DNA of 22,014 bases, taken from the IMG/VR virus record IMGVR_UViG_3300038427_000053; one strand, given 5' to 3'. Made by a program: the position numbers and the translations under genes. The DNA comes from a virus. The first letter of the stretch is position 1, and each line of letters opens with the position of its first letter. Under the pieces are notes generated by a model that ran no database searches, was not told the origin of the DNA, and saw only the letters and a program-made list of their open reading frames with translations. Below are positions 16,475 through 22,014 of the stretch, piece by piece.

Positions 16475-19400
16475 ATGGCAGATCAAGAACAAGGCATTCA
16501 AACTCCGGCAACACCAAACTTGGAAGAGCCGGTAGCAGTTAATGTGCCGTCTGAGGCCGCTCCTGCGCCTCCGACGCAATCTTTGATTCCAGCGGCCCCG
16601 GTGACTATTCCTACCGTTGACGAACTTGCGAAGGCCGGGGAACAGGTGTCGCATATTCCAGACAACCGTGTTATCCGCCTGAGCACTGGGCACATCGCAG
16701 TCGGGAATAGTGAGGACATCGAAAAGGCTCTGAAGGTCGATCCCGGAGCCACGGAGATTCCTAATGCGCCCGGCTACGTTACTGTCCGGTTGTCCAGTGG
16801 ACACATCGGAAGAATGCCTAAAGAGCAAGTCATCGACGCAATGAAGGCAGACCCTAAGATGCGTGTGCTCGCCGGAGACACGAAGGGAATGCTTGACCCG
16901 AACGCAAAACAAGATCAGGCGTTGAAGGAACTTGCTAAGCCGCCGGATGCGCATCAAATGGGCATGGGTCCAGAGGCCGAGTTTGTGACCGGCATGGGAA
17001 AAGGTGCGGTCGAGACGCTGCGTGGTTTAAAGGGCGTGATTGCGCATGTTGTTGGAGAAAAAGTTGCCGACGACTGGACTACAAACAACATGCCGAAGAT
17101 CATGACTGTGGATACCGAAGGCAAGACGGCGTATGAAAGCGCCGGTAAGTTTGCCGAAGGTATTGCGGAGTGGATTTCTGGTGACGCAGCATTGAAAGGT
17201 TTGAGCGTTGCTGCGAAGCTCGGGCTGGCCGGGAAGATTGCTGACTTGGCAAAAACAAGTCCATACGCCGCTCGCTTTATCAGTCTTGGTTTGGACGCCG
17301 TGCGTGGTGCCACGGTTGGTGGTGCTATCGGCGGAGTCAAGGGCGCTGCGGGTAGTGAAGGTTTGAAGGGAGCCGCCGAGGGAGCCGTTGGAGGAGCCTT
17401 GATGATCGGCACAGCCGGTTTGACGGGCATGGGCCTTGAGGCCGTGGACAAAGCTGCGGGAATTTGGCTTGCAAAGTATGCAGCCGCTCCGCCTAAAGAA
17501 GGTGCGCCGTCGCTTGGACAACTCGCTGTGAAATACGGGACCCGTGCTACGGCAGGGGCTATCCTATGGAAAGTGCGAGACTCCGCGCCTGCGCCAGTGA
17601 AGGGTCTCGTGACTATGATGTTGTACGGCCTTGGCTTCGAGTCTATGGGAGCCTTGGCGAGAGACATTCCTAAAGAGCTTTCAGAAAATCCGACTGTGGT
17701 TAGCGGCGCACAAAAGGCCGCGCACAACCTAGCTCCTATCTTCAATCGCGCCGCTGGGGAGAGGGGTTTTGAAGAGGTTCCGGGAGAAGAGGCTGCTGCG
17801 CCGACTGAGAAGGCTGCGCCCGAGGCTACGCCGAAGGCCATGGTTGCGCCTGCCGCGCCTGCCCCTGCTCCAACTGAAGGAACTGCCTTTAAGACCCCTC
17901 CGGTAGGCCAGCCTACGGCGGCAGGAAACGTTGATTTTGGAAAGATTACGCCAGAGCCTACCCTGGGCGAGCATCCGGCTACGCCTATTCTGCGGGCAGA
18001 GCAAGAAGCGAAGGCGCGTGAGGCCAACGGCCAGCCAGCGCCGGGCACGCCTGCGAAGGCTACAGGTGAGGAAGTAAGGGATGTGGAAGAGGCTAAGCCA
18101 GCAGAGCCAGCCAAGGCACCGGCCAAACCCGGAACACAGAAACAGACGCCTCCAAATCACGTTGAGGCCCATGCAAAAGCAGCAGAGGCTACAGCCGTAG
18201 ACGGTGCAAAGCCCATGGTGTACAACGGGACCGTGGAAGGAACTGCGTACTTTACGGACCCCGAACGTGGTAACACAACGTACACGCTTTCTGAGAAGGA
18301 AGTCACGCCTGAGAACTTGATGATGCGCCGCGACCTGACTCCTCCGCCAGAGATCGCTCCGGCGGTAAGAGCATTTCAGGAAGTAGCTGCGCCGTCTCAC
18401 GCCGAAGGCGAAGTGCCCAAAGTTAAGACTCCTAAAATTGAGGCCCCGCCGCCTCAAGAATCTAGTACTCGTGTTATAGAAAGTTACTTGAACACCAGAA
18501 ATAATCAACGTGTTAATGTGATAGAAACTACTGAAGGAAGGCGTTACATTGAATATCCAGACAATATATCAGAACTATCGGGAGCAGGAACTGGAATTTA
18601 CAGCAAAAGTTTCATAGATGACGCTGTGTCAAGAGGCATATTGAAAAAAATAACAATAGTTCCACTAGGCTCAGCCGAAGGTGTTGGAGAACCACCTCTT
18701 CCTAAGAGCAAGATTACGGCAGGAACACCTGAAGCAGACAATTACATCAAACAGTTCAAAGAATCTCACCCCGAAGCTGTCGCGCCTAAAGCAAAGGGCG
18801 TCGCTCCGATGACAGACGAGGAAATTCTTGCCACACAGCAGGCCAACAAAGGCACCATGGATTTCCGTGGGAAGTTTGACAGCGAGGCCGAGGCGCAGAA
18901 AAAGATCGACACCAGCGGCGAAAAATATAAGGGCTGGAAGCCGTTCCAGATCAAGTACGGAAACAGGGCTGGTGAATGGCGTATTGCACGACCGATTATT
19001 ACTAATGAAAATCTTAATTCATTTGATATTAGTAAAGAGGAAGTAATTTTCGGCCATGAAGCCGCAGGCCATTGTTTAATGGCAGATATTACTGATACAC
19101 CCACGAAAGAAGGGATTGAATTTACTCCGACAGGGGCACGCACACGTATTGATTTTGATAAAATAGTCCAAGCAGAGGCAGACCATCCTGAAGAAATAAG
19201 CAATCTGTTGGCGACGTTTGCGGGAACTCGTGCTATTGAAATTGGGAAAAATAATCCTATACAAAGCAAACTTCTTACATTTGCAGCCGGGCCTCGTATA
19301 GACGAGATCATGGGTTATACTAGTCGTAATGCAGACATGAATGTAATTGGAAGCGACGGCTACAGATTTAAGAAAGTTTTAGAGGCGTTAGGAATACCGA

Positions 19401-19876
19401 AAGAACTTCACCAGCAAGCGTGGGACACATATTCACAGCACGCTAAGGAATTGTTGCGTCATTATCCAAACGCCGTCAGTCAGGCTATTAACTTCTTTAG
19501 AGACCCTGAGAATGTTGGTCGGAGGAAATTTTCTCAGGAGGAAGTGCAAAAACTCGTTAATGATATTCGTGGTAAAGAAGCTATTCCTGACAGAGTTAAT
19601 GATGCTCTTAAAACTACTGACCTCGAAGCTCGGAGACAAAAGTTTTGGGACCTAATGAAAGATCAGCCTGTTGAGGACGAGTCAAAGCTCGCTTACCAGA
19701 GGAAGTATGGTCCGACCGGCGGAGAAGCGATTTGGCTGGCTAAACAAGCTATGAAAGGCGCGGACGAGCATGCCGCTGCTCCAATAAAAGGAGCAAGCAC
19801 GTTCGCCAGCAACACGTCTCAGGCTCAAAGAATGAAGCGCCTTGAGGCCATTGGCAAAGCTGGAAGAGGGTATTGA
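16475..19876 (+). CDS. Large ejection/internal virion protein with a Zn-metallopeptidase-like module
   Basis: 1133 aa after a GAGGGA RBS. Duplicated N-terminal motif, GxxxG-rich hydrophobic region, Ala/Pro/Glu linker, and HEAAGH (19055-19072) followed by FAAGPRIDEIMG. Confidence 0.65.
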   Translation: MADQEQGIQTPATPNLEEPVAVNVPSEAAPAPPTQSLIPAAPVTIPTVDELAKAGEQVSHIPDNRVIRLSTGHIAVGNSEDIEKALKVDPGATEIPNAPGYVTVRLSSGHIGRMPKEQVIDAMKADPKMRVLAGDTKGMLDPNAKQDQALKELAKPPDAHQMGMGPEAEFVTGMGKGAVETLRGLKGVIAHVVGEKVADDWTTNNMPKIMTVDTEGKTAYESAGKFAEGIAEWISGDAALKGLSVAAKLGLAGKIADLAKTSPYAARFISLGLDAVRGATVGGAIGGVKGAAGSEGLKGAAEGAVGGALMIGTAGLTGMGLEAVDKAAGIWLAKYAAAPPKEGAPSLGQLAVKYGTRATAGAILWKVRDSAPAPVKGLVTMMLYGLGFESMGALARDIPKELSENPTVVSGAQKAAHNLAPIFNRAAGERGFEEVPGEEAAAPTEKAAPEATPKAMVAPAAPAPAPTEGTAFKTPPVGQPTAAGNVDFGKITPEPTLGEHPATPILRAEQEAKAREANGQPAPGTPAKATGEEVRDVEEAKPAEPAKAPAKPGTQKQTPPNHVEAHAKAAEATAVDGAKPMVYNGTVEGTAYFTDPERGNTTYTLSEKEVTPENLMMRRDLTPPPEIAPAVRAFQEVAAPSHAEGEVPKVKTPKIEAPPPQESSTRVIESYLNTRNNQRVNVIETTEGRRYIEYPDNISELSGAGTGIYSKSFIDDAVSRGILKKITIVPLGSAEGVGEPPLPKSKITAGTPEADNYIKQFKESHPEAVAPKAKGVAPMTDEEILATQQANKGTMDFRGKFDSEAEAQKKIDTSGEKYKGWKPFQIKYGNRAGEWRIARPIITNENLNSFDISKEEVIFGHEAAGHCLMADITDTPTKEGIEFTPTGARTRIDFDKIVQAEADHPEEISNLLATFAGTRAIEIGKNNPIQSKLLTFAAGPRIDEIMGYTSRNADMNVIGSDGYRFKKVLEALGIPKELHQQAWDTYSQHAKELLRHYPNAVSQAINFFRDPENVGRRKFSQEEVQKLVNDIRGKEAIPDRVNDALKTTDLEARRQKFWDLMKDQPVEDESKLAYQRKYGPTGGEAIWLAKQAMKGADEHAAAPIKGASTFASNTSQAQRMKRLEAIGKAGRGY

Positions 19877-19901
19877 CATCCGCTTTTAGTTTTGCTATAC
19901 T
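19873..19901 (+). promoter_or_regulatory. Near-consensus sigma70 promoter
   Basis: TTGACA (19873-19878, overlapping the upstream TGA stop), 17-bp spacer, TATACT (19896-19901) with an extended -10 TGn. Confidence 0.85.
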
Positions 19902-19903
19902 GT

Positions 19904-19958
19904 AAGGAGGTGAGTTATGAAGGAAAGAAGAGGTGATATATGCGCCCAGATGAGTTAG
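19904..19958 (+). promoter_or_regulatory. Perfect Shine-Dalgarno sequence and 13-codon mini-ORF (MKERRGDICAQMS)
   Basis: AAGGAGGTGA at 19904-19913, ATG 19917, TAG 19956-19958; overlaps the second RBS and the start at 19940. Confidence 0.4.
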
Positions 19959-20086
19959 AATTTCAAAAGCTGTTGGGCAGGCTACGGATGTTGCCTGAGT
20001 CTGAGAAGGCAAAGATTCGGGAACGCATCTACAAAGACATTCGCATAAAGCCGAAGACTACAAACTCCCCTAAAGAGAAAAAGTAA
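19940..20086 (+). CDS. Small basic hypothetical protein (48 aa), below the ORF-track cutoff
   Basis: GAGGTGA RBS at 19930-19936, ATG 19940, MRPDELEFQKLLGRLRMLPESEKAKIRERIYKDIRIKPKTTNSPKEKK, TAA 20084-20086; fills the gap up to the next ATG at 20092. Confidence 0.65.
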   Translation: MRPDELEFQKLLGRLRMLPESEKAKIRERIYKDIRIKPKTTNSPKEKK

Positions 20087-20091
20087 CCTAT

Positions 20092-20592
20092 ATGGTTATT
20101 TATCTAATTCGCAACAAAATCAACGGAAAAGAATACGTCGGACAGACTGTGCAAAGTTTAGAACGACGTTGGCAAATCCATTTGTGTGGAAAACAACAAG
20201 CTATTGATCTGGCTATTAAGAAGTATGGTGCTGAAAATTTTGAATTATCAACATTAGCATGGCCACGAACTTTAGAAGAAATGAATGTTGGAGAAGAGGC
20301 CCATATATTTTCACGCCATACGATAGCTCCGAAGGGATACAACCTACTTCCCGGAGGCAACAATCATCGCCCTACCTCCGAAACTAGAGCCAAACTTCGA
20401 GCATCTCGTGCTGGCCAAATACGCCCTTCTTGTACTGAAGAAACAAAATTAAAAATGAGACTAGCACATTTGGGAAAACCCGGAACCATGTTGGGAAAGA
20501 AGTTTACACAGGAACACAGAAAAAAATTAAGCATTGCGGCGTTTAAGCGCGAAGCAGTAAGGAGACAAATTCGTGCCTCTTCCAATATATGA
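20092..20592 (+). CDS. Free-standing GIY-YIG homing endonuclease with NUMOD3-like motifs (second copy)
   Basis: VIYLIRNKINGKEYVGQT...RWQIH...GYNLLPGG; SETRAKLR / EETKLKMR / GKKFTQEHRKKLS. Confidence 0.93.
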   Translation: MVIYLIRNKINGKEYVGQTVQSLERRWQIHLCGKQQAIDLAIKKYGAENFELSTLAWPRTLEEMNVGEEAHIFSRHTIAPKGYNLLPGGNNHRPTSETRAKLRASRAGQIRPSCTEETKLKMRLAHLGKPGTMLGKKFTQEHRKKLSIAAFKREAVRRQIRASSNI

Positions 20593-21241
20593 AGGAGGGT
20601 CTTTAGCTAGAAAGATAGACGCCTACCAGCCCGACATCGAAACGCAGATTCGCATCGAGCATGAGATTTTGCAAGCGCAAGAGGCTGCCCCAAGCATTTA
20701 TTCTAGCCATGTCTCAAAAAGAGCCAAAGATGCTTGGGAAGAAAAATTTTTTTTGAACTGTGAGCGCCATCGTCATTTCCGGGTTCGAGACCAAGATGAG
20801 ATTACTTCGGAGCGCCCCGGGCGCCGTCTGCACATTCAGCAGTTCGTACAGATGTTGAATACGCTGCCACGCAGACGCTTCATTCTCAATTCTTGGGGAG
20901 TGAGGGGCATGAGGGGCCTGAATGCCAGCGTAGGAGGCGGCAAACCGCGCTATGTACTGGCTCTGGATGACGGTGTGATGCCGGAATGGTCCTACATTAC
21001 CCTTGACGAGCATGGCCTGCCGAAGAAGCTCGCGGCGCGAGGCTGGCGGGCGGTGTTGCTCGTCTTGCTCAGGTCCGGCCTGATTACGGAGTCTGAAATG
21101 CAAAAGCTGTTCGGCTTCGCCACAGGGACGCCCGGCGCATTGTTTCGGAAGTATCTTTTTGAGCAGCGCAACCATCGGTTTGCCGATGGAGAGGAGTGGG
21201 TCGAACGTGCCCGCATTCGACCGAATGAGAGGTATGAATGA
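20573..21241 (+). CDS. Phage hypothetical protein
   Basis: GTG start with AAGGAG 8 nt upstream (inside the GIY-YIG 3' end), 222 aa, ATGA-coupled to the next gene. Motif PEWS...D...P...RGWRAVLLVL...GLITE...FG; function not recognised. Confidence 0.7.
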   Translation: MPLPIYEGGSLARKIDAYQPDIETQIRIEHEILQAQEAAPSIYSSHVSKRAKDAWEEKFFLNCERHRHFRVRDQDEITSERPGRRLHIQQFVQMLNTLPRRRFILNSWGVRGMRGLNASVGGGKPRYVLALDDGVMPEWSYITLDEHGLPKKLAARGWRAVLLVLLRSGLITESEMQKLFGFATGTPGALFRKYLFEQRNHRFADGEEWVERARIRPNERYE

Positions 21242-21714
21242 CGAAGGAAAATTTCGAGAAAGCACAATTGTTTATGAAAGTCTGGCAGGAAGCGGGCCAT
21301 CTTGGTGAGCAGGCAATGATGGCAGTGGCCTTTGCTATTAGAAATAGACAAAGGGCTGGGTGGGAAGGCGGGTTCTGGCTGAAGGTGATCGAATATGCTG
21401 GCAGACTGCGGTATAACGATGCCCCACTTAATTTGGACTGGCCGGACCTGAGAGACCCAATTGTGCATCGGGTCTTGGCGAGGATTGACGGCGTATATGA
21501 TGGGTCTGCGTCCGACAACCTTACGAGCGTCACAGCGCCGATGCCCATCGAGCGGTATGCTTGGCAGGGCGGAGATTCCGCGCAGGTTCGTACTGGAAAG
21601 TATTGGGCGGAACTCTCGGGCATAACAAACAAAGAATTTTTGGAAAGAATTGTTCGGGACCCGGCAAGTCACCCCAAGACTTCTACAGTCGGAAGTCTGA
21701 CGTTCTTTGCATAG
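21238..21714 (+). CDS. SleB/Hydrolase_2-like cell-wall hydrolase (candidate endolysin)
   Basis: LFMKVWQEAG...AMMAVAFAIRNR matches the SleB-family catalytic Glu helix (xxxEAxGE...AVAxVIxNR). C-terminal VGSLTFF resembles the IGxHxF end motif. Confidence 0.7.
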   Translation: MTKENFEKAQLFMKVWQEAGHLGEQAMMAVAFAIRNRQRAGWEGGFWLKVIEYAGRLRYNDAPLNLDWPDLRDPIVHRVLARIDGVYDGSASDNLTSVTAPMPIERYAWQGGDSAQVRTGKYWAELSGITNKEFLERIVRDPASHPKTSTVGSLTFFA

Positions 21715-21736
21715 GAGCGATACGATTGCCGCTGTT

Positions 21737-21913
21737 TTAAGAAGTTTTCTGGTCTGAGGGAAAATTCTTTTGCCATGCTTCGTTGACTCCAGCCGCCGTT
21801 GTAATAGTTTGAATCGCTATACGTCCTACCCATTCTATCAAAGCAGGCACAAACCAAGCAACAACCAGAATCAATCCCAAAAATACTCAAATAGCCCCAT
21901 CTAAGTTGTTCAT
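21737..21913 (-). pseudogene. Small single-pass membrane protein interrupted by an in-frame TGA at codon 9
   Basis: GGAGG RBS 5 nt upstream of ATG (21913). Reads MNNLDGAI*VFLGLILVVAWFVPALIEWVGRIAIQTITTAAGVNEAWQKNFPSDQKTS, then TAA (21737-21739). Confidence 0.55.
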
Positions 21914-21924
21914 TTTTTCCTCCG

Positions 21925-22014
21925 TTAGCCTTGGTCTATTGTTCTTCCTTTTGGAAGTACTTTTACTACTTTTCCTGTTTCATCTAGCTCCGTCACATGG
22001 CCATCTCGCATTAC
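21925..22014 (-). CDS. Probable 3' end of a minus-strand gene running off the window
   Basis: Open frame ...VMRDGHVTELDETGKVVKVLPKGRTIDQG* ends just before the RBS of the 21913 ORF; only 30 codons are visible. Confidence 0.35.
   Translation of the reverse strand, partial: VMRDGHVTELDETGKVVKVLPKGRTIDQG

Larger units (their letters stand above)
1..22014. mobile_element. Tailed phage (podovirus-like) tail, ejection and lysis-adjacent region
   Basis: Co-oriented, translationally coupled ORFs in the order adaptor, hub/nozzle, fibres, GNAT-like, three ejection-type proteins, as in P22 (gp4, gp10, gp14, gp7, gp20, gp16). Free-standing homing endonucleases are present; no cellular housekeeping genes are seen. 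Confidence 0.9.

Noticed and set aside
16954-18126. 390-aa minus-strand ORF (and 17729..18508, 20992..21672, 20714..21265)
   Set aside because: They lie antisense to well-supported genes, have low-complexity mirror composition and show no recognisable motifs.
21677-21737. Hairpins AGACTTC/GAAGTCT and AGCG/CGCT near the convergent gene ends as terminators
   Set aside because: The first lies inside the CDS with no U-tract; the second has only a 4-bp stem. Too weak to call.
21669-21890. 73-aa minus-strand ORF from the track
   Set aside because: It starts at TTG without an RBS and overlaps the hydrolase 3' end; a neighbouring frame with a GGAGG RBS, ATG and a TM helix explains the region better.
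1-22014. Alternative genetic code (TGA or TAG reassigned)
   Set aside because: TAA, TAG and TGA all end long ORFs precisely at the next gene's start (ATGA at 5315-5318 and 21238-21241; TAG at 8466, 11062, 11465, 12591), and no long gene is fragmented.

Overview
The window is the virion-morphogenesis region of a tailed dsDNA phage with podovirus-like (P22/T7-type) gene order. It is almost all + strand, tightly packed, and uses the standard genetic code. Gene order: 5'-truncated collagen-containing tail/fibre protein, head-tail adaptor, large tail hub/nozzle, GIY-YIG homing endonuclease, and three fibre/accessory proteins (two with proline-poor Gly-Asn-Gln collagen tracts). Next comes a glycan-synthesis cassette behind its own sigma70-like promoter: a HAD/PRT-like/GT2/SAM-methyltransferase fusion, an Endonuclease VII-type HNH gene, and a GT2-TPR glycosyltransferase. 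This is followed by a GNAT-like protein, ejection proteins (the largest carries a metallopeptidase-like module), a second promoter, small ORFs, a second GIY-YIG, a hypothetical protein and a SleB-like hydrolase. The strand switches near 21.72 kb. The best candidate for a new system is the glycosylation cassette set among the tail genes. Its N-terminal motifs resemble PRPP-dependent ribofuranosyltransferases, suggesting the phage builds a ribose-containing, methylated glycan on its own fibres or virion. All family calls come from motif recognition by eye; no database search was run.
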